Virus record (IMG/VR): IMGVR_UViG_3300042868_009047
Length of the DNA: 64,000 nucleotides
Reading direction: 5' to 3' (one strand)
DNA from: a virus
Lineage: Duplodnaviria; Caudoviricetes
Shown here one piece after another: positions 49,156 to 58,010 of the stretch (position 1 is the stretch's first letter; each line of letters opens with the position of its first letter). Below the pieces are notes generated by a model, which was not told the origin of the DNA, did not search any database, and saw nothing but the letters and a program-made list of their open reading frames with translations. The position numbers and the translations under genes were made by a program.

Positions 49156-49644
49156 TTATAATTTACTTATCGCATCAATTATAGCCTTTTTCATCGCAAT
49201 ACCTATTGATGATTTACTAAAAGGAACTTTCCCTTCTTTTAATTCAATAAAGGCGTAACTAGCGGTTGTAGCTGACTCACCAATACCATCGACAATTGTG
49301 TCACCAAAATGAACTTTTAGTAATATTTGTGTCGTTTCCGTTGCCGCACCAATACCAGCAATTCTAAAAGTGGTTGATGGTGTACCAACTCTAATGATTT
49401 CAACCATAACTGGTATGGTGTTTTTTTCACATAACGAATACTTTTCGGATAAGACTTCTTCAGTGATTTGTTTAACACCAAATAAGATATTTCTATCTTT
49501 AAATTCTTTTATTTTCATTGTGCTGTAAACTGAATCTACACTAACACAAATTTGAGGGAACACTGAGATCGGTTCACTGGTTTGAGAAAATGCTGAATTT
49601 GATACTGTGAGTATAAAAATTAGCGTAAAAATAAACTGTTTCAT
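49156..49644 (-). CDS. Exported protein, unknown function
   Basis: Signal peptide MKQFIFTLIFILTVSNSAFSQ. Confidence 0.65.
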   Translation of the reverse strand: MKQFIFTLIFILTVSNSAFSQTSEPISVFPQICVSVDSVYSTMKIKEFKDRNILFGVKQITEEVLSEKYSLCEKNTIPVMVEIIRVGTPSTTFRIAGIGAATETTQILLKVHFGDTIVDGIGESATTASYAFIELKEGKVPFSKSSIGIAMKKAIIDAISKL

Positions 49645-49650
49645 AATTTT

Positions 49651-51933
49651 TTATTGTTTGTAACCTGTTCTTATTATATAAATATTTGTTGCTCCGTTTA
49701 ACACTAAAGCGTCAAATGTTAATGATTGCGCCCCTGAATAAGTTGGGACTAAATTTGTATTTGATATGTTAATTACCGACCATTGAGCTGAGGTAAATAA
49801 CCTGTACGTTGGTATTGTAAATAACCAACTGTTTAAATTAATTTTATAGTAGATTAAATAAACATCTGTTATTGTTAAAATATTATTATTATTAACATCC
49901 ATCCTATAGTAATCTTTAGCGTTAAAAGATTGTGTTAAAACTTTTTGGTTAAAAAAGTTAATATCTGTTATTGTTGGACTTGATAACGGTGCATTGTCAA
50001 TTGTTAATCTATAATCATTTAAACTTGAACTGGCTGTCGTTGTTATTGTATATTTACCAGTTGCATCGGTTGTATATGAACTATATAAACTATAGGTTGA
50101 AGAAGTTTTTTGTTTATAAAATAGTTTTACAGTGACGTTTGATACACCTACATTCTCAGCGTTATAAACATAACCTGAGTAAGTAAATGGACCCACTATT
50201 ATCATACCAGAAGCTGAGTAAGCGTATCCACACGAACCACTCTGTAACTGTGCTCTAAATAATGTACCATCCGTCTGATTAGTGTAATTATAAGTTGCCG
50301 CTGTATTAACTATATCGGTCCAAGTAACCCCACTGTTTGTTGACCTTTGCCATTTCACAACCGTACCAGTGTAACCACTTAGTGTTAAAGTCCCAGAGTT
50401 TGTTGACGTTGCATGCGTTGCTGATGAAACCGAACCACCTGTTGGTGGCGTACCTGTTGTAACAGTAATTAATTTACTTGTTGAATAAACAGCACTACCG
50501 CAGTTTGGTGTTTGCACCTCAACACGATAATAATAACTACCTGATGATGATATTGTTTCAGTTAAAGATGTTGTTGTATTTGTTACATCAGTCCAGTTTA
50601 TATTATTTGTAGATCGTTGCCATTTATTAACACTACCTTGTTGGCCAGATAAAGTTAATTCAGCGACCCCACCAGAACATATTGTATTGTTTGCCGCAAA
50701 CACAGACCCAGAAAGAGTTGGTTTTACGGATAAAAATATACTCGATGATGCTAATGAGTTACAACTAACAGGGCTCGTTGAATTTACAATTGCACGGTAA
50801 TAAGTTGTTTTTGTTATATTTGAGATTGTTATACTTGATGATGTACTTGTAATTGTCGTACCAGCAGTAAAAAAGTTATCAAATGAAGACTCCCATCTAA
50901 CAACACTACCAGTCATATTGTTAAGTGTCAATGTTGTACTATTTGAACCAGAACAAACATTTATATTACCACCACTGATTGTGCCAGAAGAACCATTACT
51001 AATCGTAAGATCCCTTGTAAAAATGGTTATGCTTGATGTTAAATCACCTGGCATGTCCCCGTATTCACAAATATAGCCACCTAATGTACTGTTAGCTAAA
51101 TCATTCCATTGCCCATTATTTGATGAATAGAATTGTCCAAACGCTTCTGAGGTACCGTTAGGTTCACCACCAGCCCATTTATGATACATACCTGATACTA
51201 AGGTTGTGCTTGGTGTATTCCCATTTGAAAAGTTTTGGCCTTTTTCAGGACCAGTTACCCAATGCCATTTACCTTCAGATGCAGCTTGGTTAGCGTAAAC
51301 AGTTGAACCCTTTGCGGTGTTGATATAACCGTAGTCATCTGAAGCTCCAAACCAAGCATCACTCGACATTAATTTCCAGATAAAGTTGTTCTCCGCTTCA
51401 GATAATATTGTCGCCAAATAACCAGCCCTACCAAAATAAGATTTAGCTGTTGATACATTATATGCGTTTGTCCAGCTCGTACTACCCGCAACATATTCAT
51501 AAAAATGTGATGTTAATGGGTTATAATAAACTGTACCAGCAACAAAAGTAACCCTTCTAAGATTTGCGTAACAAGTTGTTGTTGTTGATTTAAAAGTTAC
51601 CGTTCTTAAGAGAGTCTGCCAGTTAGCCGCTGTTGTTGTACCGTTAAAACTTAAAACACCTGTTGTTGAGTTCCAACTTGCCGTTACACCGCTCGGTAAA
51701 GTCCCTGTGTAAGTTAGGACATCCCCAGTGATATATGTTTGTGATATTTGAACCCTAAAACCTGTTATATTACCATTTGCAGTTATTGTTAAATTAGGGT
51801 CAACAACAGTAGCTGTATTATAAGTTGCGGATAAACTTGATGAGGTACCGCCTAATGTAACAGATGTTGCCTGTGCGTTTAGTTTTACCGCACTTAAGAC
51901 AATCACCAAGAACACAAAAAACTTTTTCATCAT
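49651..51933 (-). CDS. Exported adhesin: C-type lectin, Ig-like repeats, prealbumin-like domain, dockerin-like motif
   Basis: Signal peptide; GYLATILSEAEN..WAGGEPN..WND..YICEYG; three GxVxxWxxS repeats; MDVNNNNILTITDV. Confidence 0.75.
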   Translation of the reverse strand: MMKKFFVFLVIVLSAVKLNAQATSVTLGGTSSSLSATYNTATVVDPNLTITANGNITGFRVQISQTYITGDVLTYTGTLPSGVTASWNSTTGVLSFNGTTTAANWQTLLRTVTFKSTTTTCYANLRRVTFVAGTVYYNPLTSHFYEYVAGSTSWTNAYNVSTAKSYFGRAGYLATILSEAENNFIWKLMSSDAWFGASDDYGYINTAKGSTVYANQAASEGKWHWVTGPEKGQNFSNGNTPSTTLVSGMYHKWAGGEPNGTSEAFGQFYSSNNGQWNDLANSTLGGYICEYGDMPGDLTSSITIFTRDLTISNGSSGTISGGNINVCSGSNSTTLTLNNMTGSVVRWESSFDNFFTAGTTITSTSSSITISNITKTTYYRAIVNSTSPVSCNSLASSSIFLSVKPTLSGSVFAANNTICSGGVAELTLSGQQGSVNKWQRSTNNINWTDVTNTTTSLTETISSSGSYYYRVEVQTPNCGSAVYSTSKLITVTTGTPPTGGSVSSATHATSTNSGTLTLSGYTGTVVKWQRSTNSGVTWTDIVNTAATYNYTNQTDGTLFRAQLQSGSCGYAYSASGMIIVGPFTYSGYVYNAENVGVSNVTVKLFYKQKTSSTYSLYSSYTTDATGKYTITTTASSSLNDYRLTIDNAPLSSPTITDINFFNQKVLTQSFNAKDYYRMDVNNNNILTITDVYLIYYKINLNSWLFTIPTYRLFTSAQWSVINISNTNLVPTYSGAQSLTFDALVLNGATNIYIIRTGYKQ

Positions 51934-53525
51934 AATGCCAATCTTGTACCAATCATTACCGTATAGTTTAATACGTTATCACCAATAGAATAAGCACCAC
52001 CAAAATTAAAATTTAATTTAAATGTTTTTGTAACACCCAAGTTCATACCAACAATTGGTAAAATAACAAATGGTGATTTTAACACCGCATCATCATAATA
52101 CCTAACAAACGGTGCATAAACAAATAAAGCCATTGTTTTAATATCAATACGTTTACCCACTTTAAAATCTCTATTACCACCCACAATTGCAGCGGAACCA
52201 TAATAGGATTCTTTATATATTTGTCCAGCTGAGGCTGTAAGCATATAAACAGCTTTAAATTTTTTAATACTTCTCATCTGCCCAAAAGCAATAGTGTTAT
52301 ACATAGACCCACTACCAGTAAAACCAATTGTAACCGTATTAGAAAGTAACGTAATAGCCTTACGATTTATCCAGGCATAATAACCAGTGATATTACCACC
52401 TTGTATTGAAGATGTGTAATCAACCATAACGCCATGTGATCTTAGACCATCATATCTTACTGATGAGTAACCCGCATTAACTTTTGAACCTTTACTAACC
52501 TCACCTTCATTAAATTGAAAACCAACTAAATCACTACTCATGAGTATAGATGGTCTACCACCGTTTTTACTTGTAGCTGAGCCTTTGCTATTGCTACTAC
52601 TACCACTTTTTACTGCATTAGTTGTCCCACCTACAGCATCCGATTTTTTATCCGAACCACCATCTGTTTGATTTGGTGTAGAACCATTACCAGTCCCGCC
52701 ACCAGAACCTGAGCCGCTTGTGGTGGTACCACCTGAGCCACCAGAACCGTTGTTAGTGGTTCCACCTGACGCACCAGACCCACCAGGATTGTTGTTGGTT
52801 GCACCACTTGACTCTCCAGTTTTTTCACCTGATCCAGTGGTTCCACCTGAAGCGCCTGATCCAGTTGTTCCACCTGACGCACTTGATCCACCAGCCTGTT
52901 CGCCTGATCCACTTGACCCAGTTGATCCACCTGAAGCACCTGATCCAGTGGTTCCACCTGATCCACTCGACCCATTCGAACCATTATTATTTTCAGTATT
53001 ATTAGAACTACCATTACTTCCGCTACCAGAACCACCAGAAGTTGTTGATCCACTAGAATTGTCCCCATTTTTATTTTCTTTTTTATTGTCAGAAGGTTTG
53101 GAATCACCTTTACCACCACCAACATTATTTACAGACCCAGCAGCCGCCATTATATTACCCGTACCACTAGATGCCATATCACTAATAGCTGATAAAGCCC
53201 CAAATATACTAATAACATTTAAAGCAGTGCTTTGTGTTTGTGATACAGTAACAGCTGTTCCTATACTACCGCATGGCGAAGCGTTCTTATATTGATTAAA
53301 AACACCAGCGGCCCAGTTATCGAACGCACCGTTATTAAAATCATTAGCTGTAAACGTATTTACTTGACCGTAGTACGTTACAGCTATTTGATTTTGCCCG
53401 TAAGGAATTGATAAATTGTAAACCTTGCCATTGCAAGGATCGGTGTAAGAATAGTTAAATGTCTGCGCAGTTGTTATATTGCACAGCAAAGATAAAAAAA
53501 TAACTATAAGGAATTTTATTCTCAC
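51930..53525 (-). CDS. Exported protein with Gly/Ser-rich linker and C-terminal beta-barrel-like region
   Basis: Signal peptide; GGTTGSGAS repeats; amphipathic C-terminal strands ending GTRLAL. Confidence 0.65.
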   Translation of the reverse strand: MRIKFLIVIFLSLLCNITTAQTFNYSYTDPCNGKVYNLSIPYGQNQIAVTYYGQVNTFTANDFNNGAFDNWAAGVFNQYKNASPCGSIGTAVTVSQTQSTALNVISIFGALSAISDMASSGTGNIMAAAGSVNNVGGGKGDSKPSDNKKENKNGDNSSGSTTSGGSGSGSNGSSNNTENNNGSNGSSGSGGTTGSGASGGSTGSSGSGEQAGGSSASGGTTGSGASGGTTGSGEKTGESSGATNNNPGGSGASGGTTNNGSGGSGGTTTSGSGSGGGTGNGSTPNQTDGGSDKKSDAVGGTTNAVKSGSSSNSKGSATSKNGGRPSILMSSDLVGFQFNEGEVSKGSKVNAGYSSVRYDGLRSHGVMVDYTSSIQGGNITGYYAWINRKAITLLSNTVTIGFTGSGSMYNTIAFGQMRSIKKFKAVYMLTASAGQIYKESYYGSAAIVGGNRDFKVGKRIDIKTMALFVYAPFVRYYDDAVLKSPFVILPIVGMNLGVTKTFKLNFNFGGAYSIGDNVLNYTVMIGTRLAL

Positions 53526-53531
53526 GCACCT

Positions 53532-54251
53532 TTAATTCTTGAATAAACCTTTTTTAATTAATTTTACAACAAGTCTAGATGACGCAGTTTCTAACGCCTT
53601 TTTAGTTGATGTTCCTATTGTTGATTGATTAAATTTGATTTCATCCACATCATCTAGAATTGTTGACATTTTTACTGTTTTTGCTTCACCTAAACCAGAA
53701 CCAACAATAACTTCACCAGTTTCAGCGTCAACAAATTTAACTTGCATACCTAATCTGGTTGTTTGTGTTGCAGTAGCTTTACCACTAACCTTAACAACTT
53801 CATCCTCAGATACACTAAAATCATAAACCTCAATGTAAACAAAGTATTTAGCTAATTTAATTTTACCTCTACCATCAACTTTGTTTTCTGTAAAACCTTT
53901 ATCAGATGCTTTAAATTGATTAACCATTCTTTCTTTAATCTCTAATTTATCTTCAGTGAAGACAAACCTATTAGTCATTTCAAGAAATTCGATTACAATA
54001 TTAGTTACACCCAAACCAACCCTTTTATCTTTTAATTCAGGGTACATTTCATAAAGTTCTTCGGTAAACCCAATTTTTAATAATTGGATAGGATATTTGA
54101 TTGTGTCGGTATAGTTTGAAACAACATCAATTGATTGAGTCTGTTCAAAACTAGCTTTATATTCTTCGGTTTTAACACTACCAATATTCTGTGCCTGAGT
54201 TTTACAAGCACAGAATAATATTGGTAATATAATGAATAATAATTTTTTCAT
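53532..54251 (-). CDS. CsgG/FlgT-like exported protein or lipoprotein (likely start MKKLL at 54251)
   Basis: Signal with LFCAC; EMTNRFVFTED, VYIEVYDFSV, LGMQVKFVDAETGEVIVGSG. Confidence 0.65.
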   Translation of the reverse strand: MKKLLFIILPILFCACKTQAQNIGSVKTEEYKASFEQTQSIDVVSNYTDTIKYPIQLLKIGFTEELYEMYPELKDKRVGLGVTNIVIEFLEMTNRFVFTEDKLEIKERMVNQFKASDKGFTENKVDGRGKIKLAKYFVYIEVYDFSVSEDEVVKVSGKATATQTTRLGMQVKFVDAETGEVIVGSGLGEAKTVKMSTILDDVDEIKFNQSTIGTSTKKALETASSRLVVKLIKKGLFKN

Positions 54252-54252
54252 A

Positions 54253-54651
54253 TTAAACTTCTGTTGTATTCGATAAAGATACACCGTCTTCTTCGTCAAC
54301 TTTTTGGATTAACATTTTGTCCCTATCTTCTGAGTTGAACCAGTAGTCAACAACCTTATTTAAATTACCAACAAAGGCACCTAATAAAATTAATAACATT
54401 TCTTTCCAATCCTCACCAATAGATGCACCTAAAAATACAGCTGCGTTGATACCAACAATGATTAATGTGAACAATCCTAATACAATTGCTGTTATTCTCC
54501 ATCTATTAGCTTGCATTTGTTGCAACATGTAATAGAATCTATTTTTATCTTCTACCTGCACAGGGGCTGGTGTACTAACCATATTTTTTAAAGTTTCTTT
54601 AAGTTTCATATCTTCTTCGTTTGTTTTATTTATTTTCTTTTTCATTACCAA
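54253..54651 (-). CDS. Two-TM membrane protein
   Basis: ITAIVLGLFTLIIVGINAAVFLG and MLLILLGAFVGNLNKVVDYWF. Confidence 0.6.
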   Translation of the reverse strand: MVMKKKINKTNEEDMKLKETLKNMVSTPAPVQVEDKNRFYYMLQQMQANRWRITAIVLGLFTLIIVGINAAVFLGASIGEDWKEMLLILLGAFVGNLNKVVDYWFNSEDRDKMLIQKVDEEDGVSLSNTTEV

Positions 54652-54974
54652 GGACTATCTTCAGTTTCTGATTTTTTAGCTGGTTTTTCTTCTTTAACTG
54701 GTGCAGCTTTTTCAACCACAGTTGTTTTTTCTTTAATGATTGTGTTAGTACCACCACCAGCATTATTTTTAGAAGAGTTATCGACACTTATGTTGATTGC
54801 TGGCGCTGGAGCCGCTTGTTCTGTCTTTGTTTCTTCTTTATCACCACCACCAAATAAAGTTGTGGTAAAGTAAGTACCACCAGCCATAACAGCTGTTGAA
54901 ATGATACCAATTATTGTTTTCTTTAAACCTGACCATGTTCCGTCTGATTCAGGTACGTTTGTTTCTTCTGACAT
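54645..54974 (-). CDS. Single-TM membrane protein
   Basis: TIIGIISTAVMAGGTYF followed by a low-complexity tail. Confidence 0.6.
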   Translation of the reverse strand: MSEETNVPESDGTWSGLKKTIIGIISTAVMAGGTYFTTTLFGGGDKEETKTEQAAPAPAINISVDNSSKNNAGGGTNTIIKEKTTVVEKAAPVKEEKPAKKSETEDSPW

Positions 54975-54986
54975 TTTTTTTAAATT

Positions 54987-56885
54987 TTAATTTAGTTTTA
55001 TTGTTTTATTTGTTTTGGTTTGAGATCCTGTTTGTAAAACACCGTAATATGTACCAGGTGTAACGTTAGTTAAGTCAACTGGATAAAGGTACTTACCTTC
55101 ATACATTTTACCACTAAAAACCGTGTATACTAATTTTCCGTTTACATCATAAAAACCAACGGTTATCTCACCATCTTCAGGTACGCTAAAACTCACAAGA
55201 GCCAAACCTTCTGTTGGGTTAGGGCATACCATTATTTCACAATCTTTTGTTAATACACCACCACCATTTATTCTGAATATTTTAACAACACCATTTGTTG
55301 GTGTTATTCTTAAATCGGTTGCGTTTGCATCACCAGCATATTTTCTAATAACATATAAAGGACTATTGTTCCAGCTTGTTTGTGGTGATAGTGCTGTGAA
55401 TTGTAAAGTTAAAATATTATCACCATCATTAGCTAAATATTTATTATTACTCATATCAGCACCAGCCCATTCAATAACACCGTTGTTAGGGTTTAAGAAT
55501 GACATCCAGTTCATAAATTTTTCTTCAGTTTTAATACCCTTGAACTCCAATAAAGTTTTGTCATAAGCTAAAGCTAATTGAGCTGAACCAACTTGATTAC
55601 CATAAGTTAAAACTTTCATTGGTACGTTTACTAAACTACCTTCAGTGATTTCGATTTTTGGTAAATTAATTTCGATTGTTGATGTAGGGAAATCATACTC
55701 AACAGTTTCGTCAATAATATATTTAGGAGTTTTGCTTGGGTTTAAAATTTCAATAGGGATTGTACGAGCCATGTTGAATCCAGTACCGTTAGCATCACCA
55801 CCACCTAATACATAATACGTTACTGAGTCTGGTTGACCAGCAATGATATCAAATGTTAGGTTAGTTACACCAGCAATTGATGAGGTATAGTTAGTTGAAG
55901 AACCGTTGATGGTTCCATATTGTGAAACTGTGAAGAATCTTACATCTTGTACAGAGTTTGGCCATACAGAGAATCTACCCGCTAAACGACCATAGATAGC
56001 TGATACGTCAGCGATTGTAATACTATTTGATCCGTTAACGTCTGAAGCGTAATAATCAAACCCAGTTGGTGTCATTTCGCCAAGAATATATTTGTTAACT
56101 CTTTGTGCATCAGCAACAGATACCGTGTTACCAACACCCATTGTATCACCCTTAACATATAAATGAGCATCCCAATAAGTTGTATCCAAGATTTCATCAA
56201 AAGCGAAATAACCAGTAAGATCTGTTGTGTCAAGCTTTACTTGAGTCCAAGCACCACTTGATGTCTTAGGTCTTTTCTCAAGAGCAACTGTAATGTTCTT
56301 AGAACCAGAACCTGTTACGTTTGTGAATCTACCGTGGTATTTCAATCTATTCATCTTAAATTCACCACCATAACTGTGTAAAGATAACGTTGTATCCATA
56401 CCAGCAATTGTTGAGGCATAAGATGGAAATGTCAAAGTACCAGTTACCTTTAAACTATCAATACTTGTCAAAGCTTGGAAGGCTGTTGAGTTTTGATGGA
56501 AGAACTTTATTTGGAACGCAGTACCAGTAGAATATGTAAATGCGGTGTTTGTACCTGTGTAAGCCAATGTAACAGTAATATTACCGTTAACAGAATCGGC
56601 AACATATTGCATGTACTGATCAGTAGAACTGTACTGTAAAGTTACAATTGGTTTTGCACCACCAAAAGCTACTTTGTCGTAAAATACACGAAACTGTAAA
56701 CCAGCGATTTTAGTCGTTGTTGTGTTGTCATAATAAAGGTTAGCTAAAGTGTAACCTTGAGATTGCGGACCAACATTGTAAGAAGAGTCAACGATAACCC
56801 AATTACCATTTGATGGTGCGGTTGTTTGTGCATAACCAATTACGGTTACAAACGCCAGCACTAGCGTTAAAAAGAAATTTTTCAT
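54987..56885 (-). CDS. T9SS cargo: two cohesin-like domains, dockerin-like motif, type A C-terminal sorting domain
   Basis: Signal peptide; IAGLQFRVFYD and SAQLALAYD; SDVNGSNSITIADV; VCPNPT..YDVNGKLV..PGTYYGVL..KTIK. Confidence 0.75.
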   Translation of the reverse strand: MKNFFLTLVLAFVTVIGYAQTTAPSNGNWVIVDSSYNVGPQSQGYTLANLYYDNTTTTKIAGLQFRVFYDKVAFGGAKPIVTLQYSSTDQYMQYVADSVNGNITVTLAYTGTNTAFTYSTGTAFQIKFFHQNSTAFQALTSIDSLKVTGTLTFPSYASTIAGMDTTLSLHSYGGEFKMNRLKYHGRFTNVTGSGSKNITVALEKRPKTSSGAWTQVKLDTTDLTGYFAFDEILDTTYWDAHLYVKGDTMGVGNTVSVADAQRVNKYILGEMTPTGFDYYASDVNGSNSITIADVSAIYGRLAGRFSVWPNSVQDVRFFTVSQYGTINGSSTNYTSSIAGVTNLTFDIIAGQPDSVTYYVLGGGDANGTGFNMARTIPIEILNPSKTPKYIIDETVEYDFPTSTIEINLPKIEITEGSLVNVPMKVLTYGNQVGSAQLALAYDKTLLEFKGIKTEEKFMNWMSFLNPNNGVIEWAGADMSNNKYLANDGDNILTLQFTALSPQTSWNNSPLYVIRKYAGDANATDLRITPTNGVVKIFRINGGGVLTKDCEIMVCPNPTEGLALVSFSVPEDGEITVGFYDVNGKLVYTVFSGKMYEGKYLYPVDLTNVTPGTYYGVLQTGSQTKTNKTIKLN

Positions 56886-57014
56886 GTTTAGTTGTTTTGA
56901 TTACTTATAAATATAAAAAAAACTTAAAAAAACCATTTACTTTGAAAAAAAAAGTGTTAAACATGAAATAACTTTTGCAATAAATACGGATATTTATTGA
57001 TTAAAAAATAGGGT

Positions 57015-57260
57015 ATGAATAAAATTGCACTTGAATACTTAAAAGAATTACAACAACAGTTAATAATATTAGCTGATGAACAACAAAATAAATTAGGAGA
57101 AATCAATAATGAGAACTTTAAAGATGATGTATCTGAAAACATTTTTGGCAGAATAGATGATGTCCTTTATGAGATTGAAACTATAATAACCGATATCGAA
57201 GAAGGTTATTATATTAATGAAAAAAGTGAGTTTGATGATGACCAGGATGATGATTTTTAA
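57015..57260 (+). CDS. Small very acidic protein
   Basis: 81 aa, D/E-rich, ends DDDQDDDF. Confidence 0.6.
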   Translation: MNKIALEYLKELQQQLIILADEQQNKLGEINNENFKDDVSENIFGRIDDVLYEIETIITDIEEGYYINEKSEFDDDQDDDF

Positions 57261-57277
57261 AAAAAATTAAAAAAAAC

Positions 57278-57308
57278 TTGTTTATTAAAGGAACTTTGCT
57301 TACTTTTG
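57278..57308 (+). promoter_or_regulatory. Bacteroidota sigma-70-type promoter of the tRNA-array leader
   Basis: TTG 57278-80, 20 nt, TACTTTTG 57301-08. Confidence 0.75.
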
Positions 57309-57332
57309 TACTAATTATAACAATAACGTAAA

Positions 57333-57431
57333 ATGAAAAATATGAACCTACATATCGCAGTGATTAAACCGATGGCAATTTGCCAGTGGTATCGTCATGC
57401 CGTGCCAGGTTCAGACCAAGTATTTTCATAA
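57333..57431 (+). CDS. Putative attenuator leader peptide, 32 aa, MKNMNLHIAVIKPMAICQWYRHAVPGSDQVFS (not in ORF track)
   Basis: A-rich start context 24 nt after the -7 box; codons 6-25 match the downstream tRNA set. Confidence 0.75.
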   Translation: MKNMNLHIAVIKPMAICQWYRHAVPGSDQVFS

Positions 57432-57465
57432 TGTTATAGAATAAAACTAAAACTAGAAAACACAA

Positions 57466-57498
57466 AGCCCTGGACCTACAAGTTCAGGGTTTTTTTTT
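57466..57498 (+). terminator. Conditional intrinsic terminator (attenuator 3:4 helix) before first tRNA
   Basis: AGCCCTGGAC-CTACAA-GTTCAGGGTT with T9 tract at 57490-98. Confidence 0.85.
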
Positions 57499-57501
57499 GC
57501 A

Positions 57502-57511
57502 GTTCTTTGAC
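57502..57511 (+). promoter_or_regulatory. boxA-like antitermination site
   Basis: GTTCTTTGAC between terminator and first tRNA; resembles rrn boxA. Confidence 0.55.
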
Positions 57512-57528
57512 GTATTGGTAATTTATTT

Positions 57529-57604
57529 CAGGATATGGGGGAGTCAGGTCGTCCCTACCTGCCTTGGACGCAGGGGATCGCTGGTTCGAATCCAGCTATC
57601 CTGA
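57529..57604 (+). tRNA. trnP: tRNA-Pro(TGG)
   Basis: CAGGATA/TATCCTG acceptor; CCTGC-CTTGGAC-GCAGG; GCTGG-TTCGAAT-CCAGC. Confidence 0.9.
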
Positions 57605-57610
57605 CAAAAT

Positions 57611-57685
57611 GTCTTCGTAGCTCAGTTGGTTTAGAGCACCTCACTTTTAATGAGGGAGTCATGAGTTCGAATCTCATCGGGGACA
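57611..57685 (+). tRNA. trnK: tRNA-Lys(TTT)
   Basis: GTCTTCG/CGGGGAC; CCTCA-CTTTTAA-TGAGG. Confidence 0.92.
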
Positions 57686-57690
57686 CAAAT

Positions 57691-57760
57691 GTATAAGTTG
57701 ATCGTGGTGGTCGGTTGGTCTGCAACACCAACGGTGTTGGTTCGATTCCAACCTTATACT
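57691..57760 (+). tRNA. trnC: tRNA-Cys(GCA), short D-loop
   Basis: GTATAAG/CTTATAC, U73; TTGGT-CTGCAAC-ACCAA. Confidence 0.8.
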
Positions 57761-57769
57761 CAAATACAC

Positions 57770-57842
57770 ACGTCTGTAGCTCAGTTGGTAGAGCACTGGT
57801 CTCCAAAACCAGGTGTCGTTGGTTCGAATCCAGCCAGGCGTG
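57770..57842 (+). tRNA. trnW: tRNA-Trp(CCA)
   Basis: ACGTCTG/CAGGCGT, G73; CTGGT-CTCCAAA-ACCAG. Confidence 0.92.
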
Positions 57843-57848
57843 CTAAAT

Positions 57849-57928
57849 GCCCTTGTAGGCGAATGGTATAGCCGCTGGTCTTAGAAACCAGAGCGAAAGC
57901 ATTGCAAGTTCGAGTCTTGCCAGGGGTA
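57849..57928 (+). tRNA. trnL: tRNA-Leu(TAG)
   Basis: CTGGT-CTTAGAA-ACCAG; long variable arm. Confidence 0.9.
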
Positions 57929-57933
57929 CACAT

Positions 57934-58006
57934 GCACCTTTAGCTCAGTTGGTAGAGCGCTGCCCTTACATGGCAGATGTCATAGGTTCGAGTCCTATAG
58001 GGTGTA
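57934..58006 (+). tRNA. trnV: tRNA-Val(TAC)
   Basis: CTGCC-CTTACAT-GGCAG; ATAGG-TTCGAGT-CCTAT. Confidence 0.92.
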
Positions 58007-58010
58007 CAAA

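Noticed and set aside
48417-56885. Host chromosome or prophage boundary at the envelope cassette
   Set aside because: Same base composition and TATTTAT motif as the phage genes, phage-like genes on both sides, and no integrase or att site seen.
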